Source: Wallemia ichthyophaga EXF-994
Lineage: Eukaryota; Fungi; Basidiomycota
Direction of reading: 5' to 3'
Assembly (NCBI RefSeq): GCF_000400465.1
Contig: NW_008806282.1
Span: 20,001 to 268,000 of the forward strand
Length of the DNA: 248,000 nt
Position 1 is the first letter of the stretch; every line of letters begins with the position of its first letter. The translations under genes and the position numbers were made by a program. This document shows, one piece after another, positions 152,168 through 165,700 of the stretch. A model generated the notes under the pieces. That model was not told where the DNA came from and searched no databases. It worked only from the letters and a program-made list of their open reading frames with translations.

Positions 152168-154294
152168 TCACCCCTCCATCTCGAGCTTCTTCTGTCGTTT
152201 TTGCCTCTCGCGCTTACCGATTTTCTTCTTCTTGGGTGGTTGAGGTAGTGCAGACGAATCGATATCGCCATCACCCTCGCGCGGCCTCTTTTTACCGTCA
152301 TGCTTATCATGCTTGCGGTGCTTGAAGTCTTTTGAATCTTCTCCCCATGCCGGTCTATCATTATTTACCTTATGTTTGAATTCTCGCACACGCGACATCA
152401 TCCCATTCGCATATTTTCCTTTACCAGAGTTAGCGATTCTATCTTTACGGTAGGGTGCCATTCTCTTCACGCGCATCAGTCGCGTCAGATCTCTGTCATC
152501 TGCCCGGAGTATCTCATCCGTGTTGAGACCATAGCTGTCAGGAACGACGTTTGTGTATTTGAATCTCGTCTTGAGATCTCCAATTGTATCTTCGTAATCG
152601 AGTTTGTAATACTCATCTAGCCACTTTTCAAGAGCTGCTTGTCTTTCCTCTGCTGTTGCTGGCATTGGTTCTTCTTCTTGTGGTTGATGTGTTAAGTGGT
152701 CAGCATCCATATCCATATCAACATCATCTTCATCGTATCCCTCTTTAGTTGCACCCTTGGCATCCGCTTTTGCCTTCTTCTTGGCCTTCTTACGCTCACG
152801 TTTCGACATGGTGACCTTTCCGTCGTTTTGGTCATCTTGGTCATTATAGTCCGCATCCATGTTGATCGGTGTGGAGTCATCCTGTGGGTCATCCTGTGCG
152901 ACGATATCGTCAATATCAATATCATCCTCCCACTGCGGTTTTTCCTCGTCAAATTCACCCTCGTCACCCTCCTCATCATACTCATTCTCATATGCATCCC
153001 GCATAGCTTTATCGTGAGCTTCCGGATCAAACTCTGCATCAAGATCTAAGTGTTCAAATTTGGCAGCATCTTCACCAATAGCAGCAAGACGAGATTTAAT
153101 GTCATCTTTCTTAAGTGATTTGAGACGCTTAAGGTCCTCTTCACGTTGACGCTTTTCAACCTCCTTGCGCTCCTTTTTGGATGCACGCTGTTCTTTCCTC
153201 TTGTTGTCAGAACGACGAACAGTAGATTCAAGTTGTCTTGAGTGGGTTTTGATGTCATCAGCATTGGGTTCTTCAAAGCGAAAGTTATATCTATGTTCAA
153301 AGTCATCTGCATAGTCTTCAAAATCATCGTCATCTTCGAGGAGCTCATTGTCAGCGTTTGCACCGGATAAATTAAAAGAGTGACCCTTTTCAGCAGCTTT
153401 TTGGTTGGAAATTGGGACATCTTTTGGTACAGAGGTTGAAGAACCAGGCATCCAGCCCTGATTCAAGATGTAATCCATTAAAAATTGATCGTCTTTAGCT
153501 TTTTGATAGGCTTTTGAGGGTGTTTTGAGTGATTTTTCTTGGTTGTCTGGTTTTTCAGATTTAGCAGCTTTCTTGGCCAGCTTCTTTTCTTCTTTTGTGG
153601 GATTGGGATTGGATGCGTTGTCGATCTCTTGCTGAGTGCTAGATATACGCACATCATCCAAACCCAAAGCTTTTCTAATCTCATCTTCACCGACGTTATC
153701 GAGGAGGAATTTCTTGTAAGAGTTGCGTGATTGAAAGTCGTCGTCATCTTCAACAGATTTAGGCTTAAGGAAGTCATCTTGGTCTTCGTTGTCGTCATTA
153801 CCGCTGTGAAAAGCGGAAGTTACTTCTTTCTTGAGGTTCCTCTGTTCTTGGGCGTGGGTGGGGAGGGTGACAGGGTTGTTATCGTCATCACCCTCTTCAT
153901 CACTACCAAAATCACCTTTAAGGAGTTTCTGCCTCTCAAAATCAGCGAGGGTAACTGGTTTGCCTGATAATTTGGTACGCTTAGAGGTGAGTTGAGCAGC
154001 TTTATCTTTCAAAGCTGCCTGTTCCTCCTCGAAAACCTTTTTATCAGAGTAGATGGAGGGATCTTTAGATTTTAAGAGAGAGAGAGTTTTGAGGAGAGCA
154101 GCATCGATATCCGGGGTTAGCTGATCGCCCTGCTCATCCTCGTCAGACTGATCACTATCACTCGATTCATCTGATTCCTCCTTGTATTTCTCTTGTAAGC
154201 GCTGTAACTCTGCTCTCTTGTGATTATGTGTAAATCTATCTGCAAATTCCTTGTTTATCGATAAATCATCCACGCCATCCAAATCCAAATCCAT
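152168..154294 (-). CDS. KRI1: 40S biogenesis factor Kri1
   Basis: LSINKEFADRF, YNFRFEEP, YYKLDYED, ILRADD. Confidence 0.95.
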   Translation of the reverse strand: MDLDLDGVDDLSINKEFADRFTHNHKRAELQRLQEKYKEESDESSDSDQSDEDEQGDQLTPDIDAALLKTLSLLKSKDPSIYSDKKVFEEEQAALKDKAAQLTSKRTKLSGKPVTLADFERQKLLKGDFGSDEEGDDDNNPVTLPTHAQEQRNLKKEVTSAFHSGNDDNEDQDDFLKPKSVEDDDDFQSRNSYKKFLLDNVGEDEIRKALGLDDVRISSTQQEIDNASNPNPTKEEKKLAKKAAKSEKPDNQEKSLKTPSKAYQKAKDDQFLMDYILNQGWMPGSSTSVPKDVPISNQKAAEKGHSFNLSGANADNELLEDDDDFEDYADDFEHRYNFRFEEPNADDIKTHSRQLESTVRRSDNKRKEQRASKKERKEVEKRQREEDLKRLKSLKKDDIKSRLAAIGEDAAKFEHLDLDAEFDPEAHDKAMRDAYENEYDEEGDEGEFDEEKPQWEDDIDIDDIVAQDDPQDDSTPINMDADYNDQDDQNDGKVTMSKRERKKAKKKAKADAKGATKEGYDEDDVDMDMDADHLTHQPQEEEPMPATAEERQAALEKWLDEYYKLDYEDTIGDLKTRFKYTNVVPDSYGLNTDEILRADDRDLTRLMRVKRMAPYRKDRIANSGKGKYANGMMSRVREFKHKVNNDRPAWGEDSKDFKHRKHDKHDGKKRPREGDGDIDSSALPQPPKKKKIGKRERQKRQKKLEMEG

Positions 154295-154377
154295 CTTCGT
154301 GCTCGTCGTGCTCTTTGAACCCGTAACATCAACTTATAAAATATAAAAATATAAAAAAATAATCAAAATTTAAAATT

Positions 154378-156304
154378 ATGTCCACTGGCTCCACTCGCTC
154401 ATCAGAGGATGGCGATATAGGCACTCTCCCCAGCCCATCTACCTACGACATGGATAGGCTGGTCGACAATGTAAATCTAAAGAGATTCTCTCTTAAGCCC
154501 AGGTATAGTCGGAGGCTATCTAATCACAGATTATCTTATCTTAATCCATCCAATCCATCGAAACCATCCGGGTCATCCAATCTCAGCCCAGTACCTTCAC
154601 AGCCACAGCCACCACCCCCGAAATCGATCGATGAAATTATAAGAACCCATTCACCTCTACTAAACGTTAAAACCCAGGCTGAAAAAGACGCTGACTCTCT
154701 TTTGCCCGATAAGAATCCACCCACTCCGCCCATAAAGTCTATCAATGACATCATCAACCAGCACTACTCCTCTCTATCTAGCAGGCATGTCACCTACGAT
154801 GACAGTGAAAGTGGTGGTGACAGTGGTATTGAAAGTGGTGGTGATGGTGATGGTGATGGTAATAGCGATAGTGAAACTGACAGCCACAAACCCACACCCA
154901 TTCCCACCACTCCTACACCCACTCCCTCCCTCGCCCCCAAATCCTGGATCGCCCAATACCTCCGCCAACCGCAACTAACGCGACTGCTCAAGCTACGCCG
155001 TCATCCCCACTCTGGTCTCCAAGTATCCCTATGCGATTTAGGCGACAGCAGAGGCAACCCTGTTCTAATTTACCTAGGGCTCGGCTGTACGCGTCATCTG
155101 ATAGCGCTCTACGCCGATCTAGCGAGCACGCTCAACCTGCGCCTAATCTGCGTTGACCGGTGGGGGTTAGGCCGCACGGACGCGTCCACCTCTACGCAGC
155201 GAGGGCTACTCGAATGGGCGAGTGTGATAGAGGAGGTTCTCGATAGCCTCCGCATTCAACGCGTAGCCCTTCTCGCTCACTCCGCCGGTGCGCCGTATGC
155301 GCTTGCACTCGCCCACGCCGCTCCCCAACGCATAGCTCTGCCTATCACCCTCCTCGCGCCGTGGGTGCATACGGAGACGCACACCAGTGCTGGTCGCTGG
155401 CTCAGACATGTCCCGAAGCCCCTCCTACGCGCAGCTCAGGTGGCTGAGTGGACAGTCGCCGGCTGGAGTATTGGCAAGCCGCCCCAAGTCAAGTATGAGG
155501 GTGTTGAGGGGGGTGTGGGCTTGAGTGTGGGTGGGGGAGTTAGTGGGACTAGCGACCACAACAACAACAATAACACTAACACCAATGCTCTTGATAGCGG
155601 CGTCGAAAGGAGCCACTCGCATCCTACTGTTCCTACTGTCTCCAAGCTAGCTGGTGCGTATCTTTTTATATTTGCGTTTGAGTGCGTTGAATTCTCATTG
155701 ACCACCCCACACAGCGCACTCAACCCACTCAACACACCCCAGTATCAGGTCCTCCAGCGCTAATAGCGTCAGACGTCTGCGCAAAGTGTCGCTTGTTAAT
155801 AGCAGCCGGAGCAGCAGCAGTAGTAGTAGCAGTGGTGGCAGCATTCGTAGCAGTTATAACAACAACAACGAGAGCAACAAAAATGGCACACATAGGCCAT
155901 TCAATACACTCAACGTGCCCACCACACCAAATGCACCCAACAAACCCATCGCAAACACACTCACTCACAGCGAAGAAAAACAGGTCTCCGTCGGAAGCGC
156001 CCTGCTCGCAGCTTCGCATGCCGAGTCACATTCAGGCGGCGGGCCTGCACATGACCTCCTCCTCATACTCAACCGCGGTGCTAAACCGTGGGGATTCGAT
156101 TACCGGGATATCTCAGCAAGCGTGCACGTCTACTGGGGAGACAAGGACGATAGGATCTCTGAAGATGCCGTGCAATGGATGGAAGAGAACATGACTAGTT
156201 GCAAACTAACTAAACTACCAGGCAAGACGCATTCATTGCTGACTGATCCCATTGTCATTGCAGATGTGTTGGAGAATTTGGCTGACAAGTACAGTACGAG
156301 ATGA
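154378..156304 (+). CDS. Alpha/beta-hydrolase-fold protein (one intron)
   Basis: VDRWGLGRT, AHSAGAPYAL, WGFDY, WGDKD. Confidence 0.8.
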
Positions 156305-156398
156305 GTTAGTATAGATAATTGATAATTGATAGACATACCCAAATTAAATTGGATTAATTGTATTTTTACACATACATTACAACTTATATAATTGACAT

Positions 156399-158201
156399 TT
156401 ACTCGGCATTTGCGCGCTCAATATCCACCCAACTCTCCAGCGAGTAGTTGAGTTTGTTGAGGTCCTTCCAATCATGCCGGGCCACTGAGCCCGTTTCATC
156501 CCACTCCCAGGCCGTGCTCATCAAGCTCGCGTCAGTCGGTGACCAGCTGACGTCACGAACGATAGGGCGCCTGGCACGAGCGCGACCGGAAGCAGGAGCA
156601 GAAGTATTTCTGACACTCGCACCAGCCGCTTCAGGTGCGCTAGGATCGTTAAATTCGCCACTCGCATCCACCATATCCAATGCACTCTTACGATCAACAA
156701 CCTGCACTAGCTCACCAGAGACGTTCCAGATATAAATATTCCCATCAGCTGAACCCGAATACACATAGCGACCACCGGTGGTATCGTCCGGGGAGAAGCG
156801 AGCGCGTATGAGGGTGCGCGCGACAGTGTGACCCTGTAGTCTAACGAGGGAGTGATCCTGTGGATGAGCGTCGTACGCGGGTTTGGGTGTGAATGAACTC
156901 CTATAATCGTAACCTGGTATACTGAAGTTTTCCGGTGGGGCTACTTTATCGGAATCGTCGAAATCGTCACTGCTCACCATTCTCCGTAGATCCCAAATAC
157001 GCACAGAGGAGTCTTTACCGTTGGTGAGTACATTTCGCTCGTTGCCTTTCGGAGACACATACGTAATGCCCTCGGTATGTCCAACTAGCACCCCCGATGG
157101 CTTTGCGTGGCTCGTCAATGCACGTCGGTCCCACACCTTGGCCACACAATCGTCCGACCCCGACACGCAGATGTTGGAGGAAACATCAGCGAAACAAACC
157201 GCATTTACATCCGCCATGTGCCCCTCGAGCGAGAGGAGCTTCTTGCGCGCTTCGACGTCGTACACATACATTGTGCCGTCAGCAGCTCCAGCGACTATTT
157301 CCTTGCAGTCACTAGAGAACCTCACAGACCATATTCCATAACCATACCCGTAGTCATCTGCGCCGTCATCGCTGAACGACAGTGGGATAGGCTGGGCGGG
157401 ATTGTTTAGGTTGACAAGATGAGCTACAGGCGAAATGCGCGAATATACCAGCCATTCCTTGTTATGCGACAGGTTGGCATCCGTCACAGTCCATCCGGAG
157501 GGATTGGCGGAGACGCGTGCAAGATAGCCCATAGTAGTCTCATGCTCCTCGACATAAAACTCATCCTCGCCCTGCATGCCCGAGTGAGGTGCCCGCAGAG
157601 GCTCTTGAGGCTTGTAAACGTTAATGTTAAAGTTCCTGTCGGCGGTATAAAAGAGCTGGCCATCGCGGCTGTGCTCGCCGGAGTAGACAGGTGCGTTATT
157701 GCGTGCGACGACACACCCACTCGAGTTAGGCACAACAGCGAGATATTCCGGCCGTAATCGACTCTGCAGTCGTGTCCGATTCCTTATGCTCCCTTGGAGG
157801 GACACGGGCGTGCGTGTGCACCCGAACATGCCACTTTGCGCCAGCTTGACTCCCTCAGGCTGGGTAGTTGACGGTGTGGGGACGTATCGCTGTGACATAT
157901 CGGGCATGCGCGCCTGCCACATTAACCCATCGCCGTCGTCGCTCACGAATACATGTCGACCAGTTCCGGCACGTGCATTGCGAAGGAGCATCTGCAGTAT
158001 CGACAGCCGCGCACCGTGGTCTCCGTCTTCATCAGCTATCTCGTCATTCGTCGAATCCTGCAGTAGCATGTCGTCGAGCAGCGCCTGCGATGAGCGCCGT
158101 TGGAGCACTTGATCCATGTCTATGAAATCATCTGAATCCTCGTCGTAGCTGCCGTCGTAGTAGCTTTCTTCGTCGTCGCTTGCTGCATTTATTTCGCTCA
158201 T
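156399..158201 (-). CDS. WD40 protein WDR23/DCAF11 (LEC14B-like)
   Basis: WTVTDANLS, DVNAVCFAD, GVLVGHTEGIT, GHTVARTLIR, VRDVSW. Confidence 0.9.
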   Translation of the reverse strand: MSEINAASDDEESYYDGSYDEDSDDFIDMDQVLQRRSSQALLDDMLLQDSTNDEIADEDGDHGARLSILQMLLRNARAGTGRHVFVSDDGDGLMWQARMPDMSQRYVPTPSTTQPEGVKLAQSGMFGCTRTPVSLQGSIRNRTRLQSRLRPEYLAVVPNSSGCVVARNNAPVYSGEHSRDGQLFYTADRNFNINVYKPQEPLRAPHSGMQGEDEFYVEEHETTMGYLARVSANPSGWTVTDANLSHNKEWLVYSRISPVAHLVNLNNPAQPIPLSFSDDGADDYGYGYGIWSVRFSSDCKEIVAGAADGTMYVYDVEARKKLLSLEGHMADVNAVCFADVSSNICVSGSDDCVAKVWDRRALTSHAKPSGVLVGHTEGITYVSPKGNERNVLTNGKDSSVRIWDLRRMVSSDDFDDSDKVAPPENFSIPGYDYRSSFTPKPAYDAHPQDHSLVRLQGHTVARTLIRARFSPDDTTGGRYVYSGSADGNIYIWNVSGELVQVVDRKSALDMVDASGEFNDPSAPEAAGASVRNTSAPASGRARARRPIVRDVSWSPTDASLMSTAWEWDETGSVARHDWKDLNKLNYSLESWVDIERANAE

Positions 158202-158372
158202 CACGGTTCGGTGGCAAAGCCATGACACCATCACAGGCACCAGAGCAATATCGAGAATATGGCGTCTGCATGTGTGTTTGTGTGTATGTTTATGTGTATT
158301 TATATTTATATTTCGCATATTTCGTGTATCGCATATATTATCTGGAACGCATCCACAAGTGTCTCAACATGG

Positions 158373-159533
158373 CTACACCCTCCACTGTCCGTAAAGGATT
158401 CCTCTAGAGATAGAGAACGGTATCATATCAGGCGTACACAGCCCCGAGCTCACGAACTCGTCGAGGAACGGTCTGCTAGTGATGCCTACGAAGATAGCCG
158501 TGTAGATATAACCGAGCAGCTTTCTAGATGAGGTAGCAGGCGACTGCGCGAGTGTGTTCCCGAACACGAGATACTCCACTACAATGCCGACAGCCTGTAC
158601 GACAAAGAAGCAGAACTGACCGCGGCCCAGTCCCGCCAGAACATATGCACCCATCGCGTGACTGGCGCCCGTGAGGCTGAATGCGACTACCAGCTTCACA
158701 GGTACGTGTGCGCGCTCTGGAAACACGCTAGCTATGTTGTCGCCGTAGAATTTGATCGTCTGTCGGAATACACTGTGCCACCCAACAGCCCATAGCCGCC
158801 CTATCGACCACGCTTCAGTTAGGTTGAAGAAGGGCGGCCAGTCGCGCGGACTGCTCACTCCAACACCGACACATACCACCGATGCGCTCAGATTGAACGC
158901 GTTGATGGCAGAGTAAGCGACGCCGCCGAAAAATGCCAAGTGGAATGCTTGTAAGAGGACTGGCTGCGCGGCTATCGGACGCAGTGTGAGTATGTCGTAG
159001 GGCGGAGTGTGCAAGTATGTCTCGAATGCATCTATGATGAGGATGTGCATCGCTATAACAGCAAGACGCTCGGCTATAAACCGCTTCCAAGTCTTGTCAC
159101 CCTCCGTTTCTACACCCTGCTTATCGATCCGACGCGCCCATTTCCAGTGTATGCCGCGTGGATTTGAGAGGAGATCGGCAAAGAACACAATTCTCTCCCA
159201 CAACCCAGCCGGAGGAGGTCGCTCAATTCCCCGCGCATCTAACTTGACGAGCCTTTTCTCCACATCGACGCTAAGCAGATATCCCGCTATCATGAGAGCG
159301 TATATCTGCGCATTGCCAACCATGTACGCACTGATCGGATCGGGTTGGCGGAGATATACCAGTGGATATACTGTCGTGGCGAAACACACGGGTATGCCTA
159401 TGATTCTGCGCAGATGCAGCGGGAGGAATAGCAGCGAGCCTGTTATCACAATATACGGCAGAGGCAATAGCCAGAGAGCTGCCACTGGTTTCGAAGTGTC
159501 CAGCTCGGGTAGCTGCGGTGGTGCGAGCCTCAT
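158373..159533 (-). CDS. MBOAT_2 (wax synthase/acetyltransferase family)
   Basis: PRGIHW, WPPFF, IGRLWAVGWH, FFVVQAVGI. Confidence 0.85.
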   Translation of the reverse strand: MRLAPPQLPELDTSKPVAALWLLPLPYIVITGSLLFLPLHLRRIIGIPVCFATTVYPLVYLRQPDPISAYMVGNAQIYALMIAGYLLSVDVEKRLVKLDARGIERPPPAGLWERIVFFADLLSNPRGIHWKWARRIDKQGVETEGDKTWKRFIAERLAVIAMHILIIDAFETYLHTPPYDILTLRPIAAQPVLLQAFHLAFFGGVAYSAINAFNLSASVVCVGVGVSSPRDWPPFFNLTEAWSIGRLWAVGWHSVFRQTIKFYGDNIASVFPERAHVPVKLVVAFSLTGASHAMGAYVLAGLGRGQFCFFVVQAVGIVVEYLVFGNTLAQSPATSSRKLLGYIYTAIFVGITSRPFLDEFVSSGLCTPDMIPFSISRGILYGQWRV

Positions 159534-159609
159534 AAACGTAAAGAATCAACAATATAATCATTCATCAACACAATCAATACATTCTCCACTGCTTCATTAT
159601 ACTTATTAA

Positions 159610-161652
159610 TCACTTTTCACCATGCGTCGGCTCTATTTTGTCAGCAGCCTTCTCAAGCACGGCCTGCGCGAAAGGCTGTGTTGGACCAGAATGTATTGGG
159701 GACGAGTCACTGTCCACGCGAGGACTCAATACGCCGTCTCTGATAACCAATGGTGGCGGGTCTGTTGGTTTAGGCTCCCAGAATTTGAACGAGCGCGAGT
159801 GAACGCCGTAAGCAGTAGGAACCATCTCGATAAGTTCACCGCGAGGTCTGCGAAAAGGCGTTATTAGGCGATGGTTGACAGATCAGCTTTATGCACCACC
159901 TACATTTCAACGTTTGGAATCTCAGAAGGTGGTAATCCTGTTAGATATGCGATGAGACAACGAATAACAGATCTGCACCTCAAATTAGTTGCGTTCATTC
160001 TCCTCAATATACCGCACTCACGCATGACAAATAATCAACAGATCATCTTGCTCTCTCTCCAATTCGAATATAACAGGCTCGAGTCTGACGCACAAATCGT
160101 GGTATGATTCTCCCCTTGGCGTTCTAAACGAGTAAGGTGCTTTGAGAGACGAATGCCAGTCGTTAGGGAACTGCTCCCTAAACTCCTCTGGACCAACACC
160201 ATCCAAGACACCGGGGTTAATTTCCGACATTTGCGCCCTTTCATGCACTCTATAACCCAATCTCACGAATGGCCATGCGGAGTGATATGAGCGACGGCGA
160301 GTAGATGTCCAGACCTGTATAATGTGATGTAATGCAATGTGAGGTGAGCTTGGTTGAGCAGCTATACGAATCCACCCACCGAGAACTTTCTGTCATTCTT
160401 AGGCGCTCTTGACTCGCCCCTCTCCTTGCGCTTCTGGCGCTGTTTGTCCAGGATGAAATCGGCCAGCTGGCTGGTGCTGTGTTAGGCAAATGCAAGACAA
160501 AGAAAACTAAGCAGCAAACGTACTCGGCATAATCCCAACCAGCTGCAGCTAAATCTGAATCAGCCTTGTACGAGTGCTCGACAATAGACTGCCCATTTCT
160601 TGCAAAGTAAATCGTGCGTGGTTTATTGTGAATGTTCATCAGATAAAAAACAATACGTGACTGTATGTACACCTTAGCGATGTTTTAGCGACAGTAGCCC
160701 AACTCACCTGCAGATATCCTTCAATTTTGTTGACGATAATTCTTTGGCCGGAATTCCATATCTTTACGTAAGGGAATGACTCCTGGACTGTCTCATACTG
160801 GTCCTCGTGTTCGCGAATCCTCTTCCAGTAATCTTGAACTGCTTTTTCTGAGTCCCATTTGTCGTACTTCATAGGGCTGTCAGATGGGGCTATTAAGCAC
160901 CGCTCAACTTACGTCTGGTGAACTGATCTTGACCTGTGAGACATATTAGCACGGCTGCTTGGAAAAACACAACTCAAACGCACATTGCGGATGTTAGCTT
161001 CTACAGTCTCGGCTTGATCGCAGAGGCATTCTGGGCGTTTATTTTGTGAGATGTGTTGTTGATGTCACAGAGTATCACCTACCGAGGAAGATGACATGTA
161101 CACCAAGACCCTCAGAGCCGAAACGCTTAAGAATTTGTTCTCTACCAGCGGCGCCAGAGTTGTTTGCATCATAAATGGCCACCTGACCGCCGTTATTTAC
161201 GAAAAAGTCCTGGATGTTGCCCTGGAGCTCATCGACGACCCTGTCACGGAGCTTCTCAGTCTCTTGTGATTTACCAGTGGGGAGAAAGTAGTCAGGTGGG
161301 AGATCCTTAGCGCGTCCGACAGTCTGGCGTCTGTGGTCGCCGAGGGAGAAAGTGCCAACTTTGACACCAAGCCAGCGAATGTAACGCTCAATAGATCTTG
161401 ATACGTGGGTTTTACCTCTGTAGGGAAATCGTGTGAGATATTACTTCGTAACTAGGCTCACACCCACCTTGCTGGCAGACCTGAGTGGATTCGATTAGAT
161501 TAAGTCATCGATGGAGATATTTAAACGCACCGACAGCGACAATGAGCAGATTTCCTTGGTGCCACAGTTTTCCTGAGCTTGTGGTGTATAACGGGGCTGT
161601 AGAAGCATAAGGCTACGTGTACACTCGCTGCTACTGGCGTCTCACCAGCCAT
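159610..161652 (-). CDS. 6-phosphofructo-2-kinase/fructose-2,6-bisphosphatase
   Basis: TVGLPARGKTH, AIYDANNS, PRTIYFAR, YPRGESYHD, IICH. Confidence 0.9.
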
Positions 161653-161680
161653 GATTGTATAGGAGGAAGAACTAAATGAA

Positions 161681-162696
161681 TTAATTGCGCTTTGATTGTA
161701 CATATGATTCAGTGTAGTGCAGTACCTTGTCTGCCATTTGATCTGCTGTCGTGTTCTTTCCAAACGCCTCCACAAACTCGCCATTTGGATCCATCAAGTA
161801 CATGAAAATGGAGTGATCAACGAGCTGTGATGGTTTGTTAGGCTGGAGATAGAGTAGAGCCATTTAAACACCCACGTAGTCGTCTTTTGGTGATATATTT
161901 GGCGGTGTAGAGAAGTATACCCTGTATACCTTGCAAGCGGCCTTTACATTCTCCCAAGGACCCGTAAGACCGAGCATACGAGGATGGAAGCCTGTAGTGC
162001 GCTTAGTGTGCATGTTTCTAATTGACGCGTGTCCCACCTTCCAAGTATTTCCGTGTTTGTGCAGTTGTGTCTCTCGCAGGATCGCATGAAATGAAAACAG
162101 GCTGAACAATCTGACCGAGTTTAGCATCTTGGAAGTGCATGAGATTCGCCTGTATTCAAGCACATCGTTCTACCCACCGACTTTGTCAACTACAGCGCCC
162201 ATTTTGTCCAACTCATCGGGGCAAATATCCGGGCAATTGGTGAATCCAAAGTAGACGAGACTAAATCTGCCAAGAAGATCCTCGTGTGTCACGCTGTTTT
162301 CAGTCTTTGCGTCTATCAGATTGAATGGGCCACCGATCTTTGGCTTTCCGAGTTTCTCAGACTCGCTGGTTTTGCGCTCTAAAGAAGCGTCAGCGGCGAG
162401 AGCAGATAGCAGTAAACAACCAACTTTTGCTCTCCTCGACTTGTGCCTTTGCTTTGTTGAAATACCAGTAGAGACCAGCGCCGGTGCCGACGAAGAGGGA
162501 AGCAGAGATCCAATTAAATGGCTGTGTAGAGTACCAATGAGAATATGAAAGCATGGAAAACACCACGCACGCCGACATACGCCTTATCTCTCTGCTGAGA
162601 TTTAGACTGTATCCATCTCCTCGAAGCAGCTCGATTGAGATTGCCAGTTACATTTATACGCCCAGCACGCTTAAGTAAATTATTATATTTTAACAT
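161681..162696 (-). CDS. SCO1: Cytochrome oxidase copper chaperone Sco1
   Basis: KPKIGGPFNL, YFGFTNCPDICPDELDK, DHSIFMYLMDP. Confidence 0.95.
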
Positions 162697-162749
162697 ATAT
162701 CCTTCTTGGTCTCCTACTACAACGAGTATTTTCACGTTAAGTATTCCAG

Positions 162750-165700
162750 ATGACCGCGAGTGGTGGCCACCCAACCAAAATCAAATTATCAACGAGATCG
162801 CTGCGATCTCAGCAGCCCCAAGAGATGGAGCTTACAGATACAGCCACCGATACCCACGATCATCTCCCGGCAGCCACTGATCCCGATCTCGACGAGCCAC
162901 ACACGTATCACCAAGATGCTTATCAAGAAGATGACCAAATCCAGCAGCAGGCGCAGGCACAGCTCGAGCCACAGAATGTCTCTGGATCTGAATTTGGTGA
163001 TGAGGATATTCCTGAGCCAGAGCAGTCTGATTACGACGACGATCTCACTCCTCCTCCAAAGCGCGCTGGTAGAACTTCCACTCGACGTGCACCGCCTAAG
163101 AAACGCGCTGTCGAGGAAGAATACCAAGACGACGGCAGTGAATATGAAAGTGATGAATACAATGGTGTGTTTCCCCTTTCACCATTTTCCATTTCTCACT
163201 TTATTCAGCTAGAAGAAGCCGTCCAACACGCGGTCGCCCCTCCACCCGTAGCCGAGTCCACCATTTCGTTCAATTCGACGGCGGCGATGGTGACGACGAG
163301 GAGTTTTCTCTGCGTGGCAATCGTCGTCGTTTGCGAAATGCTGGCGACGATCCACCTGAGCCTGTCACTCGCTCAAGCAGACAGTCACGATCTGTGGTGC
163401 CCTATTTCCCTCCAAAAGAAGTCATACAGGAGCGCCACGAAAAGCTTGCCAATGAGCGTGCCGATAGAGCTGAAAGAAGGAGGACTATCATGTATACGGA
163501 TGACGAAGACGACGACTCCCCAGAACGTCGCAACTACTCTCTTAGAACAAGACGTGAGCGTCCCAATTACGTTCTTCCTCCTCCTGTCCTTGATGTCAGA
163601 GAGCGTCCTGAAAAGATTGGCCGCTTGCCTTCCTTCACTGCTCTTCAACACCCCAGTATCGACTTGGTGCCTTGGAACCGTCGTGGTGGTCTTGATGACT
163701 CCGACACCGTGAGTATTTCTTACCTATTACACTCAATACTCACCTCCCATAAGGACGATGACCTTTCGCCCAGAAAACGCCCTCAACCTGCACCTGCAAA
163801 TCTGGCCGGTGGCGGTGGTGGGCTACTAGCGCCAGGAGAAGGCATGGGAATGGACAATTTAGGCACAGGTGGTCCTAGCAACCTGGGTAAGATCGGTGAT
163901 GCAGCATTCGCCGATACAGATCCACTCGGTGTGAATACAAAGATCTCATTCGAGTCTATTGGTGGTCTAGATGAGCGTGAGTAGCAGGTGTACTTTCTAA
164001 TAAGCATCTCTGACACCCTCAAGATATCCGACAACTCAAGGAAATGGTTTCTCTCCCACTCCTATATCCCGAAGTTTTTCAACGTTTCAGCATCACTCCT
164101 CCACGAGGTGTCCTCTTCCACGGTCCACCCGGCACTGGTAAAACGCTGATAGCTCGCGCTCTTGCAGCAAGCTGCTCGAGCGAGAATCAAAAAATATCTT
164201 TCTTCATGCGCAAAGGTGCAGACTGTCTGAGCAAATGGATTGGAGAAGCTGAACGTCAACTGCGACTATTATTCGATGAGGCCAAGGCATGTCAACCGTC
164301 TATCATCTTTTTTGATGAAATAGATGGTCTTGCGCCGGTGCGTTCTTCGAAACAAGAGCAGATCCATGCATCTATCGTGTCAACCCTCCTCGCTTTGATG
164401 GACGGCATGGATGGACGTGGGCAGGTTATTGTTATCGGCGCTACCAATCGCCCTGATGCTGTTGATCCTGCTCTTCGCCGTCCGGGCAGATTCGATCGAG
164501 AGTTCTACTTCCCTCTGCCAAATGAGAAGGCGCGGAGTAAAATAATAGAAATCAACACCAAAGATTGGAATCCTCCTCTCGAGCCTCAATTTCTAGATAA
164601 GCTTGCAAATCTCACTAAGGGCTACGGGGGTGCTGATATTCGCGCTCTCTGTACTGAGGCTGCACTAAACGCTGTTCAGCGTAGGTATCCGCAAATCTAC
164701 AAGACGAACGACAGACTGCTTCTCGACCCGAAAAGCATAAACGTACAAGCCAAAGACTTCATGAGGTCTATCAATAGTAGGTGTGATGAAATGAATAGCG
164801 TGGTTTACTAACACGATTTTAGAGCTAACACCGTCGTCTGCGCGCTCAAGTGCCACGTCGGCAGCACCCCTCCCCCACCATCTTACACCCTTGCTTGGTG
164901 GTGCACTAGATGAATCGAAGAAGGTAGTCGACAAAGTGATTCCACGCACTGAAGAGAAGAGCGTAATCGAAGAAGCCGAATATGAAGATGACGTTGGTGA
165001 AGATGGTGGCTTCTCACTTGAGGTGATGCGCCAAAACATGAACTCGATGCGCACATTCCGTCCAAGGATGATGGTTTATGGAGAAGAAGGTATGGGACAG
165101 GCCTTCATAGGTCCTGCACTTCTGCATTATTTGGAAGGGTACAACGTACAATCGCTAGATCTGGCTACACTGCTCAGCGATTCGACGCGCACTGTCGAAG
165201 CCGCATGTGTACAGCTAATACTCGAAGCGAAACGTACAAAACCATCCATTATATACATACCAGCGTTACATGAATGGTGCAATGTTATTTCAGAAGCGGC
165301 AAGAGCAACTGTAACAGCACTCCTCAATACTATATCCCCATCAGATCCTATACTTGTTCTCGCAATGCTAAACAATAGTCCTGATGAGCTGCCACGAGAT
165401 GTAAAAAGATGGTTCGGTTTTGGCAGAGACTCTAAAGTCGCTTTGAATGGTTTCTCAGAGGAGCAAATTACAGAGTATCTGATGGAATTGATCAATATGA
165501 TCAAACTTAAACCATCTCAATTTCCAGATACGGGAAGGCGTAAAAAACGTAAATTGGAAATACTTCCAGTAGCGCCCCCGATGAAACCACGCGAGCCTAC
165601 TGACAGAGAGCTGAATGCGCTGCTCGAAAATGATGCTAGAATTCGTGAGCATCTTAAATGGAGATTAGGTGCTGTGCTCGAGCAGCTCAAGAAGAAGTTT

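Noticed and set aside
158373-159533. Intronless MBOAT, MDH and F-box genes as horizontal transfers
   Set aside because: All belong to ordinary fungal families, and many conserved genes here have long intron-free stretches
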